From the NCBI GenBank assembly GCA_030704615.1, contig CM060731.1, positions 78,678,001 through 78,742,000 of the forward strand: a stretch of 64,000 nucleotides of DNA. Direction: 5' to 3'. The position numbers and the translations under genes were made by a program. This document shows positions 14,601-26,900 of this stretch, in pieces. Source of the stretch: Takakia lepidozioides (lineage: Eukaryota > Plantae > Bryophyta). The stretch's first letter is position 1; every line of letters begins with the position of its first letter. The notes beneath the pieces were generated by a model. It ran no database searches and was not told the DNA's origin. It saw only the letters and a program-made list of their open reading frames with translations.

Positions 14601-15883
14601 CGTTGGATGCAGAGATATAAGAGCTAGAGAAAATTCACGAACATATTGGGTGGCAGATTCGAGTGGAAGGTACCTTGACAGGAGAGTGACAAAGAAGTGG
14701 AAGAGGTGAAGTATCCCCCGTCTCTAAATAGAGCCCTTCCACTGCAGGGCAGTTTGCGTAGCTGGCGGGTTATCACCAAAACAATCCACATTCACTCGAT
14801 TCAACTCCGTGATCAAACAACAGAGTAAGATATCCTCGCTTTCAATCTTTCAGACTTGTCCTCCTAGGTGTGGTGTGTGGGGAGGTGTACTGATGTGAAC
14901 CACACACAACTCACATAACTTGAAAACGATGATCAATACTTGTACTTGAAAACGATTGCACAGCTAAATGGAGGCTTCGTGACCGTCACAAATATTCCTT
15001 GGAAATGTCATGTGCAGCTATCGAAACCACCAAAAGTTATCTACTCGGTATAGTGTTTGCCCCTGCCCAATGTATCTCGACGGGGCACGAGGTGAGAATG
15101 ATCAACTGAACCTTAAGCACTGCAGTAAACAGAATATTACATTACATGAAAGAGACATTGTATCTCGAAAGGATGAGGAAAAAGAGCGAACTTTGAAGAT
15201 GATGGAGAAACAACAGCAATCCAATCGTCATCGCTGGGATTGACAACGCCAGTGACAGTGACCGTCACTTCCTGCACATCCGCCAGGTTCCCAACGGCAT
15301 CCACAGTAATCTTCACGTATGGGCTCGGCTCTTGGCAACTGAGCAACTGCCGCTGGCTGATTCCCCGGGCGAAAGGATGCCGAGTCACGTGTTTTCTTTC
15401 CAAGGGTGCATGTTCCTGGATCGAGTAGCATCCACTACAACTTAGACCCGAGACTTTGAATATCCAGTGTCCATCAAACCAAGCTTTGACAGAAGTGAAG
15501 AAGAAACTTTGCCAGTAGGTACAAGAGAAAGAAAGGTCAAAGTTGATGATATGCAAGACGAATTAAAATCACTTAGATGAAGTGAAGAAGTGAGAGGTGC
15601 TCCGTGCAATATCAACGTTCGTGAAAAACTCATGGACCACTCAATGCTGCAATTGCTCAATTGAGGTGCTGAGGGCGTTTTGAAGCCACCTTAACTCTCA
15701 AAAGTTGCAAACAGCTATATAATGTACCCTTGCAGGAAGAGTAAGTACCGCTGCTGCGCCAATCTCCAGTCCGGATCCATGCGAGCTGCCAGAAACAGTA
15801 AGAATCCCTGCAAAGTTTACTGATAGAATCCCAATCAACCCTGCTAATAGCACCACAGAGCGTAATCTCTCCAAGCTGAACAT
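8684..15883 (-). CDS. Purple acid phosphatase, nucleotide pyrophosphatase/phosphodiesterase (PAP1/24/27-like) type; ~15 exons, N-terminal signal peptide/anchor
   Basis: Exons assemble to ...LYLETGDTSPLPLLCHSPVK, FRLINIRTD, PAKDFGWHDPGFIH, with all five metal-binding motifs: GDMG (~12505), GDISY (~11860), GNHE (~11762), IAG/H (10850/9580), GHAH (~9305). Last exon FILSASGAVADQFIMLKS* with stop at 8684-8686. Junctions are mostly GT-AG; the exon1/2 junction is not resolved. Confidence 0.92.
9810..10740 (-). mobile_element. 5'-truncated non-LTR retrotransposon (LINE, RTE-X-like) 3' end, inside a PAP intron
   Basis: ORF 10024-10710 has the LESIQ...T.N.AVRGEFG post-RT motif and CPLCGQSEDSIHFLIHC CCHC finger. 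It is flanked by a 15-bp direct repeat ggtcgtggggagaga (9795-9809 and 10741-10755), a candidate TSD. Confidence 0.75.
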
Positions 15884-17388
15884 GCTTTTCAGATAATATA
15901 CTGATAAGACTCCTGTTGATTCAGCTCCTGGCTCATTTGTGTTGATTCGGTCCTTTCTCGTCTGTCTGTATACGTCCAGCTCTCCCAGAATCGAAGCTCC
16001 GTGTACATACTAATCCATCTCTTCAAAGCTTCTCCTGTCTACTTCTCCAGGTCACCTATATCAATTAATCCTGTACCCGAGCCAGCCCGGGAGACTACAG
16101 GTATACTATTACTTCGAGAGCTAGCTTTGAGGGTGGTGTCGAAGCAAACGGAAGCTCGGAACCCACTACAGCAACTTGTGGCACTTACATATATATATAT
16201 ATATATGTAACCTCTTTCATTGTTTACCACATAGGCGCTGGCACTGTATCAACAGGAGGGAAGGAGTTAGTTGGCGCGTCAGGAAATTTATAGCTTCAGA
16301 GAGGAGGAATAAGCTCTGAACACACTGAAGTGAGTTGAATAACATCGACCAGTCCATATCTATTGTTCACATTCTAACATCGACCAGTCCATATATCTAT
16401 TGTGCACAGTCAACCATCAACATATGCACCATGTTGGTCGGTCGACAGCAGACTCTTCAAGCTGAAGTGGGTGTCGTAAATGAGAGGGGGGAAGTGCACA
16501 TGAAAAATTCCATCAAAAGCTCCGAGATTGGAATTTGGATAGGCACAGCGACGTGAGTTGTAAATACATCGCTGAGAATTGAGGAGATCCGCGTTGCCAT
16601 CAAAGCTCCCATCGTGGCACTAGTATTCTTCCGAGCCTACAGCTTCGGACCACAGTCCGTTCTAAGGTGATGATGTCTCTAATCAACAAGTGCTGGCGAA
16701 GAAGATGGTCATCAAACTATGTATAATGTTATCGTTACACACTCTGGACCATCGAAGTAATCACTCACGATCGTGTAAAGCGCGCACTGTCTTTCACCTC
16801 CCAAACTGCTGGAAAAAGTATGTGGCAGCACTTTGTCCGATCCAAGCCCACATGAATCATGATCGACAGATTTCAGGCGACAAGAAACCATTTTCCCAAT
16901 TCTAACGACAACCTTGACTGCATGATGCTCATCCTAGAGAGTGTTTGAAGATTTGAAATTTGATGAAACAAGGTTGAAGGGGTATGGGGATTGGTGGACA
17001 CATCATTAGACGCACGAGCCCATCTGCCGCAGTCCAGCTTAAAATGGAATGTCAGTGTTGATGAGGCAGGTTTATCCCAAGAGCATATCCGTGCCAGGAG
17101 TGTGCATTCAACGCGGCTGGCTGTCGCTACCAACTTCGGAATGAGGGAATGTCGCAGACAGTACCAAGACACAAAGTGCGAGTAAAGACGACGCAGTCTT
17201 GTCCCTGGTTTAATAGGGTGCGAGCGACGAGTGAAGGTCGGAGACTACTGTAGTTTTAGCGTAGAGCAGGAATAGGGCCACGTCAACGTCGCCACGTTTC
17301 ATGGTCCCGTCATCGTCTCCACGTTTCATAGCCACGTCATGATCGTCAATTTTTTGGAACCTGCCCGAAAATAACCGGGAAAGGTGTC

Positions 17389-17983
17389 ATGGAGCGAGGG
17401 AAAGGGATGACGTTGTCCGCGTCCTTGAGCGCAGAGGGGTTTCACGCACCGATCTTAGAGGGAGATCCTACATGGTGGATGCTGCAAAATCTTTTTTCAT
17501 TTCAAAATGGGGACTGGCTGCAGTATGAGGAGTCCAAGCCCATTATGCTATACAATCCACTCCCAGAACCAAATTCGTCAAGGAGAGATTCCACCGGATA
17601 CTACACTTTGAATGAATCGGATGCAACGACACCAGTGCAGCTGGCAACATTCTCGCATACATACGTGCAGTTGAATAAGAATGCAGGAGGTTCGAAGAGC
17701 ATTTTTAATGTCTCAATTGTACTTCAGTTGATAATTGTAGATTCGCAGAAAAGCATCTTCTATGGAGGGGGGCATTCACCCCGCTTTGATATGACCCCTG
17801 GTTTCTCGCAACTGAGCATCGAATTGGAGGGCGTCTCTATAGCAACAGAGAAGAAGTACGTGCTCTGTATGCTTGGTTGTACCCTGTTCCTAGCGAAAGA
17901 GGTCAAGAAATTGACTGAAGATTGCAACGTTATGGTGCAACTGCAATATTCATCGCTGGTAATCTCTTACCAACCGGGCCACC
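17389..17983 (+). pseudogene. DUF2921-family gene fragment, 5' part, interrupted by the copia element
   Basis: GDWLQ...PIM, PRFDMTPGFSQLSIELEGV...LCMLG...LQY resemble plant DUF2921 proteins; the reading continues after the copia at 54865. Confidence 0.65.
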
Positions 17984-18447
17984 TAAAGGAATAAGTTACT
18001 GCATTAACTTACTTAAGACGCATCAACACTGGCAACGGCGGGAGCCAGAGTGTCGAGTTCATAACTATCTAGCCAGCTAGTTTACGTTATCCAGTGAATT
18101 CAATTCTAGCCAGCTAGCTTGCATTGTAGTCCACTGAATTCTAAGATCCTAACGATAGTAGTTCCCACTTGGCCACTTGTGGCATGGATATAGTCTGGCT
18201 GATCAGCAGGCTTGCATCCTACCTTCTCTATCCGTCGTGTAAGGGAGAGTTACCAGTCTCAGAATAGCTGGAAGGATAGGTTGCGTGTTTCCCAGCTGGC
18301 CTAAGCTGGTGTGTACCTTTTGGCCTTTTTGCAATACAAGCATTGTTACTTGCAATTCTTGTGTGCAGTCTTGTGTCATAGGTCAGTCTTTGGTACTAGT
18401 GTTCTTTGGTTTAGCATGAGCGTCAAGAGAAAGCTGAAATTCCTTTA
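17984..18447 (+). repeat. Copia 5' LTR (TAAAGGAAT...ATTCCTTTA termini)
   Basis: Direct repeat of 54361-54859 with about a dozen substitutions and three indels; lacks the (TA)n/TATA block present in the 3' LTR. Confidence 0.93.
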
Positions 18448-18460
18448 GTTTATGGGTCCA
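18448..18460 (+). promoter_or_regulatory. Copia primer-binding site, internal (half-molecule) tRNA-iMet type
   Basis: gtttatgggtcca directly after the LTR resembles the GGTTATGGGCCCA PBS of copia/Ty5/Osser-type elements (2 mismatches). Confidence 0.65.
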
Positions 18461-18538
18461 CGAAGCTGTCCTTAAACTGCGTCATTATTTTTATTCTTAT
18501 TTTTTCGTTTACTGCAGACTGAAGTACGCTCTGTCAGC

Positions 18539-18814
18539 ATGGCGGACGTTATTAAAGATCTGCAGGGAAACATAAATAGGTTCAACGGCGGGAACTTCCA
18601 TCTATGGAAGTTTCAGATGCGCGCTATTTTCCTTGGGAAAGAGTTGATGGGGGTAGTGGATGGGACAGAGCCCAAACCAGCAAGCGCTGGTGCTGATCAG
18701 TTAGCATGGGTCAAGCGAGACAGTCAAGCGATCAGCCTTCTTTGTCAAGCGATAGACAAAAAATATTTGAAGAACGTTATCAATTGCGTGACCTCAAATG
18801 CAATTTGGGTGAAG
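18539..18814 (+). pseudogene. Copia gag, N-terminal part (continues at 42190)
   Basis: FNGGNFHLWKFQMRAIF..LMGVVDGTEPKP..W.KRDSQA is a copia gag N-terminus; the frame resumes WVK|LILIQEQ after the DNA transposon. Confidence 0.9.
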
Positions 18815-19349
18815 AACTCTATTTTAACTAATTCTGGACTTTTGTTTGGTCCAGAAATAATACAAGATATATGAATAATTATAATCTATAATAGAAATAA
18901 AGAGATATATCTATAATTATTTGACTATTTATGCACTATATAACAACAAATTATGTAATCCTCCACACATTCTACGCAAAAATACAAGTGTGTATTGTGG
19001 TCTTAGATGAACATCCACTGCCAAGTTGACGTTCATTAAAAGGAATGGAAGGATGCAATGAATCAAACAATGATGAGAGCTCCGATATCCAAAATGACAT
19101 ACAAAAACAAACATGGAATAATGGCAGAACCAAATATGAAACAATGATGGCATGTGATGAAGAGGACAACATGGAAAAATGAGTCTGTCGAGACCTGATT
19201 GATGATTTGAAACATTCATATTTTATTTGAGATTATATCATTCAAGGCGATGGACCAACAGAAAAATGAACGTCAACTGTCCATCCGTTCATGGACTTAA
19301 TGCCATACAAGCCATAGATTCTGAAGCCATAGAACCGTTACGGCTTATA

Positions 19350-22300
19350 CTAACTCATTAATAATACTGAGCCTCCTCCCAAACGGCTCGCAGTCAAGGC
19401 ATGTGTCCGAAGACGCCTCCGGTTACCACAGCCACTTGCAACAGTCTTCGCTCCAGAGGACACGGAGATACTTTCAGGAAGGTGAAACCGGCTGACATTG
19501 TCATCTAAAATGTTACTGCCAACTCTACTTGATGCCCTTGAAGCCTCCCGGCACGCCTGCCATTCTTCCCAATCACGCAGCTCTAGTTCCTCTTTTAAAA
19601 TTCGTTCATTGAATGTAATTGGGGACAAGCGATGGAAATGACAAATGTGAGGCCCAAAGTGGAAGTTTTGCATATGGATATGTTGAGGTAAAAGTGCAAA
19701 TGCAGCTGCAAAAGAATTGGAAAATCAAATTATGAACAAACAAGAGAAGAGTGGGATCCACGTGCCTACCAAGGTAATCAGGTTCCTTTTGTTGTGGGAT
19801 CCAAATACGAGGATCAAGATATCTTCCATATCAGGCCCAGCAGGCATGGTCTCGACCAATAGGCTTATGAGAACACTTTGTCCGGTTCTCGCTAATGTAA
19901 TCAACGACTGTTGAAGCTCTAGCCATCTCCGATATATATGGCCACACCGCTTTTGTCATATCATCCCGGTCATGCAATCCGTTTGGTGAAGGCTTGAATG
20001 AGAAAGGAAAGAATCCAGTATTTTGTGGGTTTCGCAGGCCTTTTGATGGCTCATCATCTACAAGAAGTATTTGCCCCTGCGTAGCAAACGGTCTACCAGG
20101 GTACCTGACAATAACACTTCGAATATCCTTCACGAGATATTTCATCTCGGGCCTGATATAACCGGTGATATCCTTACAATCCTCAGCAGACCATACGAAG
20201 CAAAACTTTTTCGGTATTTCCGTGGGGACGAAGCTCTCCAACATCCTACAAAGAACACCTCTATCAGCACATGACCAAATGGCCACGTGAAAATGCTTCA
20301 ATGCAAGGTCCAAAAACTCCAAGACTCCAGGCCGAGGCACCACAAACGGTCTGTCAAGAACTCGAAGTGTCACATTCCTGAAACGAAATCTCTCCTTAAA
20401 CAGTTCACCGCCGGTTGGGGGTGGCCGGTAGCAGAGGAGTCCGTTGACACTCAAAATTAACAACAACCGTTTCCTCTTCCCCGCTGTTGCATATAAAAGA
20501 TGAGAGACAAAGTTATCCTGAGCAGGTTAATCACACACTGACATTAGTGTTTCTGCCATGAAAAATACCCACGACCCAGAATGATTGAGTGTATGGAAGA
20601 TCAACACGATTGTGCAGAAAATGGCAAAATACTGCACAACGTTGTGGGCTTGGAATGTTTCAAGAGGAGGGTGAATATTGCTAAGAAGAGGAACGTCGGC
20701 TGCCAAGTGGAGGTTCAGGAGAGTACCTTGTATGGAGGGAAATTGATGAAGGTATCGTGTTGCATCCCCGCCTGTTGAGAAAAGATGGAGTTAAATAGTG
20801 CATAACCAAACGAACAGAAAAAAGAAAAAAGTGGAGAAATGATATCGAATAATACCGATGTCGCCTTATTGGAAAGTCTCGCTGGCGGGCTTGGCATCCC
20901 AATGGACGTGTTTTGACGAGACCCTGGTATGTCCGAGGTATTCTTTTTCTTCCTCGAGTCTGCTTTGTCTCTGACGAAAGACTTCTTTCCGGTGGAACCA
21001 ATTGGTAGAAGAGATGGAAATGGTTTGGGGGCCCTATTCCGCTTCATCGGTGCAGAACATTGCGCCAACACTGCAGGGTCGGGAAGCCCATAAGTTGCAA
21101 TTGAAGTTTCGTCCTTGTCCTCGTCGAAAGGGTTTCGGAGAAGGGGAACGGAATGGAAATTGTCCCTTGAGCACTCCACATCCTGAATGGAATTCACACG
21201 TAACGAAGGGATTACCTCGGAACAGATTTCCAATGAAGACGTCGTTTGACAGGAAGGTCACAATCCGCAGATTTTCGGGCCTTGAGTAAAACAAGAACAT
21301 CAGACCCAGTACTAAGGAAAACAAAAGGACGAGTTAGAATTCAGATATAAGTAATTTTACCTGACTCCTTCTGATTTGGGCTGTCCAACCTTCGTGCTGG
21401 GGAGAGAAGGAGGGAAGAGAGGCAACATTGTGCTGCGGAGCCGCAGCCTCAGCCGCGTCCTCAACGGATGACATTCTCGAGGTAGATTTCACACCATTGA
21501 CACTTAACACGGAGGGTAAGGATTATAGAGTAAGGTCCACGAAATCCCCTACACATTTGTCAAGTTGGCTTCCATCTTCGACATTCAATCCTAAACAATC
21601 CTGCGACAGAACATCCTTTTCAGGAATGGACTGAAGAAGAGGGTCGTGCAATTGAAGGGAAGCCAAGTGCCTGGATGATGCTTCACCGTCGATGACAGAA
21701 ATCTCAACAGTAGTGTGAATGTTGTCCCTCTGTAGTCGAATTTCTGATATGGAGGATTCCAATGGAGGTCCCGACAAGAAGTTGGCATCAGCAGCATCGC
21801 CATGAACCTGCAGAAACGAACTTACAAGGTCAATGTACAGACACGGGATAACCTCCACTGCACAGTGGAGGTTGTCGGATTTGAAAAAGCCCCCAAGACG
21901 AGTTTCAGAGAAGGCATGTACTTCAGAGGATCGGGATGGTATGGGGTGGAGAAACGCATGGATGAGACTAGGAAATAGCAAACAATTCCATGTCAATTCA
22001 TATTGAAAAGGAAATCACAGTACACAACAGTTTTTCTAGATAAACAATACAACCTATAAAAAAAACCAATAAAAAATAAACATTGAATCACAGACGTGGT
22101 TGATCAATAAATTTTTTATTTTGAAGCATCATATCGGAGATTCTCGTAATTAGAATCATCAACATAATTCAGGAGAGGCTTAAACTTGGGATTGGTGGAA
22201 ACATTCTGTCAAGGCTTAAGTCCTATCCTCTTTTCCCGGAGAAACGGTGTGAGATTTTTTTCATTTCAAGCAAATGTTTCTGAAGAACCTTCTGGAGATA

Positions 22301-23938
22301 GCAAGAGTCCGTCTCAACGGATTCAAACGATTTTAGAATCAAGCAGGATTCAGGCGGGTTCAACACACACTTAATAGCTGAATCGTCAATAAGTAGAGTG
22401 TTACTCAGGTTGTACTGACCACCAAATCTTTGCCAGACCGTCATCAATGGCTTCAAGAACAGACTCGGCGGGTCGTATCCTGATATAAATTGAGGGTGGA
22501 CAGAAGTAGGACAGGAGATACAATCTTCCTGAGACATAACAAATGTCGGCTGAGGAAGACCCCGAAGCATAAAGTCTAGGATAGGCTGCAAGTTCTTGTA
22601 CATCATGCAACTCCATATACCTAGACGGAAATGTTTGTTCAACTCTGTCCACATCTCACGATATTTTTCCCGCCTATAGACAAGTCGAAATCCAACAAGA
22701 GCTGGTATCCTGTAGTCTGTCTCGGACATTCGGGGGACAATGTAGCTCTTTTGGTGCTTCAAGACTTTGCACAAAACTCCATTCAGGTCAAAAATTATCA
22801 AGCGCAATCATTTCGCAACTGGAGAAACTGGTGCTGCAATCTGTGAGAAATTCATACATCCACTCAGGTGGTAATCAAGATAAACCAAGGACAGGATTGA
22901 CATTGGGAGCAACGTCCACTGGACAATCGAGGTTCGTGAAAATCTAGAACAGCCATCTACGTTTCAATCTGTTCCAAGGAAGCGTAAGGAAATTTTTGTT
23001 TTCTAAGATAAACCTGTCACTGCAAATCCCATAGCAAGAGGCATTTGACCTTTGGGTCATTATACGGTAGACATCCTATGGGTTTTTCCACATTGAATAT
23101 ATCAGCGTCTTTTCCGGATAACCGCAACTCTTCCAGGTGCGGTTTGAGTTCATCAAGAAGAAACTTGTCCTTGTATGGGTTGACGAGCGCTTTATATTTT
23201 GGAAGGAAGATACCGAGCGACTTTGGGTTCAAGTATGACTTATACATATTTTCTACAGTGTCGATAAGAAGTGTGTTTGATTTGTACGCTACAGGGTCGT
23301 CTACAGTGAAAAGGTCGTAGAGATGTTTAAGATATATTGGCGCTTTCGGATATTTGGGCCATTCGGCACTGAACGTCTGTCTATGCTTCACGCAGTTCTC
23401 ATTGCTGAATTCCCTAACCTTGTAAACCTTCTTCCAAACAAAGCCAACCCTATATCCAGGACATTTTCTAACGGTCTAGTGTTTCAAAAGTAGACCTCAA
23501 AATGCTTAAGGACCCATTTCAGGAAGTCATCCAACCCATTTCAGACTACAAGCTTGAATTTTCCAACGCACACACAAGGATGGGTTGTGGGAGGGGATGT
23601 CGGGCCATCTCGGAGGTAAACCTCACCAAGGTAACCGACGTCAAGAACCAAGACGTAGTATCCTGGTCGAGATCCTTTCGGTCCCTCAGAGAGGCGATAC
23701 CAATCCTGTGGGTTCACAGATTTGTGATAGTCGATTGGAGGGTGAATCATATCATCATGTGGAATAACAGAACAATTAATTTATTTTGAAAACTAGAAGA
23801 AGGACAAAGAAGAACATAGCTAAGATGGTTATGAGGTGTATACCTGTTTCGGGGAGGGGTTCCGAATTTACTGCTGTTGTTGCTCGCTCTTTTTTCCTTC
23901 GCGGTGAGCAACGACCATCTCCGGCTCATCTCCTCCAT
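19350..23938 (-). pseudogene. Transposon cargo gene: spliced protein with three FCP1/NIF-like HAD phosphatase domains
   Basis: Domain 1 (~23650-23017): LVLDVGYL..*NGLDDFLKWVLKHFEVYF..NTLLID..LNP. Domain 2 (22807-22223): LIIFDLNGVL..FRLGIWS..NTLLIDDSAIKCVLNP. Domain 3 (20470-19831): LILSVNGLL..RPGVLEFL..FHVAIWS..LLVDDEPSK..NP. GT-AG introns lie between domains; several premature stops. Confidence 0.75.
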
Positions 23939-26900
23939 CTCGCAACGTCGACTGGGCAGTGGAGGTTGTTTGTTTGACCGGATCAGTTGGGCTGGCCCTT
24001 ATTGTTAAGTCCACCTACCTCCTCACTGTTTGAGTCGCGATGGATTCTGTCCGGGTTTGTGTGATTTCCTTCAATTTCCGTTCATGGATCTATACAAGTT
24101 TTCTTACCGTCAGTCACATGTAAAGTTCAAGAAGGTGGGAAATTTTAAGATACAGATCAGGTATTGCCAAAAACACAACCAGAACACAACCAGATGCAAT
24201 ACACACAATTTGTTCCATTTATAATGCTTAAAGACACCATAAATCTCCAGGTGTCATTCGTTACCTACATCCAAATTGACATGCTAGGAGACACTTTGAG
24301 AGCGAGTTGGGCTCTGAGTTCGGCCTCTACCTCCGTTGTTTTTTCTTGGAGACGGACTTTTAGTCCTGGCTCTGTCACCACTGTCCATTAATTTTGCGGG
24401 GGACGGGCTCTTAGTCCTCCCTCTGTGTCCGTTGTCTTTTGTGGGACACGGGCTCTTTGTCCTCACTCTCTCTACCCTCTCTTTGGCGGGAGACGGGGAC
24501 ATTGGCGCCGGCTCATCCCCTTCTACAGGTTTGAACCAGTCGTCTGCACTCCCAATAAAATTGCCGCGCACCTCGATTGAGCTCGCCTCCACACCCCTTG
24601 ATGGTGAAACATGATTCCTCTTAGTTCTCTCACTTGAACTCGACGAATCCCCATCCAGAATCACGACATTGTAGACCGCAACGTCTTGGGTGATGCTCTC
24701 AATACCATCCTGTGACTGAGTTCTGAAGTCCTGAATCACATCTAGGTGTCCAGTCTCCTAACGGTTGGCATTGTCACCATCGTGGCCCTCGTTGTCCCCG
24801 TTACCATCGATGCCCTCGTCCTCCTCTCCGTGTTCAAAATGTCCGCCTCCTTCTTCCAAGTCTTCATCTTCCTCCTCCTCCTCCTCATCCTCATCATCGT
24901 CTCCGCCGTCAACCTCTTCAGCAACATTGTCATTCTCAATTTGAAGCTTCTTAAAATTTGCTTCAACTTTTCCTTTGCAAAACTTTTTTTTGGTTGAGTG
25001 GTTGATGTCAAGCACTCAAATGTTTCTTGCTTGCAGATAAACCCAGTCAGTAAAACAGAGGACGTGTTCGATAAAAAATATAAAATTTGTATTTAAAATG
25101 CAAAAAGGTTTTACACTTACATGAAGGGCATACGTCAACATCACGCCTCCGAAGATGTTGACAGCGGACATCCCGTCTCGACAAAACAGGAAGGCCAAAT
25201 AGTCATATGTGTCAGCTCGTAGCTCATGATTATAAGTCCTGCACTCTTCTTCAAAAGCTGATGGTTTCTCAGAGGGCCCTTCCAGAATCGGCTGTATTGG
25301 CTCGATTAACAGTACGGTGGAGATGTGCTCGTCCGGATTCTGCATCTCCTCAGGTGTCGCTGGAAAAACATAGTCCAGGCACAGTACAGTCCGAGAGAAA
25401 GTCTTCGAGCTGTTTTTGTAAATATTTTCATACTCTCCCGGAACATAAAATCCCTGACGGACAAGATACGATGTTCTTCTGGGACCATTTTGCATGTAGG
25501 AGACCAGATTGGCCGAGGACGGTTGCGTCGAGAAGAAAACAAAAGCACTCGTGTTCATTTTCTGAGCCACAAAGGCCTCCAGTATGTTCACATAATCCTT
25601 GGACTCAAATACGACAGAGTCGTCTTCAGAAACTGTATTGACGAACACCATCGCTATTGTAATGAGTCTTGAAACTCGCTGAAATAATCGCCATGGCATC
25701 CTCTCTATCCTCATAAGCTTTCTTGATGGAGGAGACGTACTTAACAAAAGCGGCCGTGAGTGGTTTTGTCTCCATGTTCATCTTGATCTTGCTTTGGATG
25801 TAATCCGTCCCCAGTTTGTTTTTAAATGTTGAGAACTCTGCCTTATTGAAGTGGTACTTTCTCTTCACTTCACGCCACTCGTCCTTAGTGTATGGTTCCG
25901 TACACTGTTTGCTCCTACAAGGCCACCCCAACACTTCCATCACATTGTCGACAATAAACCGGCGCATTTTCATGTCATCTATGTATTTGTTCATGCCTTG
26001 AATTGATTTGTCTTGACCTTTGTAATCTCGAATGGTCAATTTCAGGTCCAGGATTTTCTGCGCAACTTTTATCAGCTGCCATCTGTTCAACCCTTGCAGC
26101 TTTGCGATAGCAGATTTCGTGAGCTGTTGTTGTTCACCCTTGTACTGTATCCCAAGCGAGTCGAGTAGCTTTCCCTGCTCCCAGTTTTTGAAAACATCTT
26201 CTCAGATCTTCCAAACGTCGTCGTCGCAAAGTACCAGGACCATTGCCTCCTTAATGCTACCCATTTCAAGTATCAAATGACAGGCAAACATAAACTCCTG
26301 CACATTCATTCAGGGATAAATTAGTTGTCACTCCGACAACAGAAGTATTCTTTAGCATAAAATGAATGTGAATAGTAGATTTTGATTCCATAAATGCATA
26401 CCTTCCATTGTTTCGTCTCGGACTTGGTGGTGTGATTGTTGTATTTCTTTGGCTTCCCCCTTAGGTTGAATAACATTCGCGCATGCGCAACTTTCTCCGG
26501 CATTGTTGTATCAAACTTTTGCGCCTTATTGGGATCGTTGAGGAGCTTTGACAACTTTAGGAGCCTTTGTTCATCGGTAGACCATACAATCTTCGCAGAC
26601 CACTCCCGGTAGTACTCCTTCAGTTCGCTGTCGGCAAGATCCTCGAGAAGTTCCTGCTACAGTTAATGTAAAATGGGTGAGAGAGTTGAAAGTGTGGGGA
26701 TATATCCAATTTTGTAGTTCAACACCAACCTCCACTGCCCAGTGGAGGTTCGTTAAAAGAGAGGTCTGGGAGGAAATGAAATCCATTACATTTGCTGCCA
26801 CGATGGTGTGTTGTCCATCAATTACGAAGAACCTTGATACGTCCATCTCCTTCCATTGCTTCGGTCGCGATGAAGCAATCTTCTCTGGATTGGAAGGGTT

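Noticed and set aside
18815-18844. CACTA, hAT, Mutator or piggyBac assignment
   Set aside because: The ends are not CACTA, the TSD is 4 bp and not TTAA, and the GHTHEDID-type motif fits Sola-like transposases.
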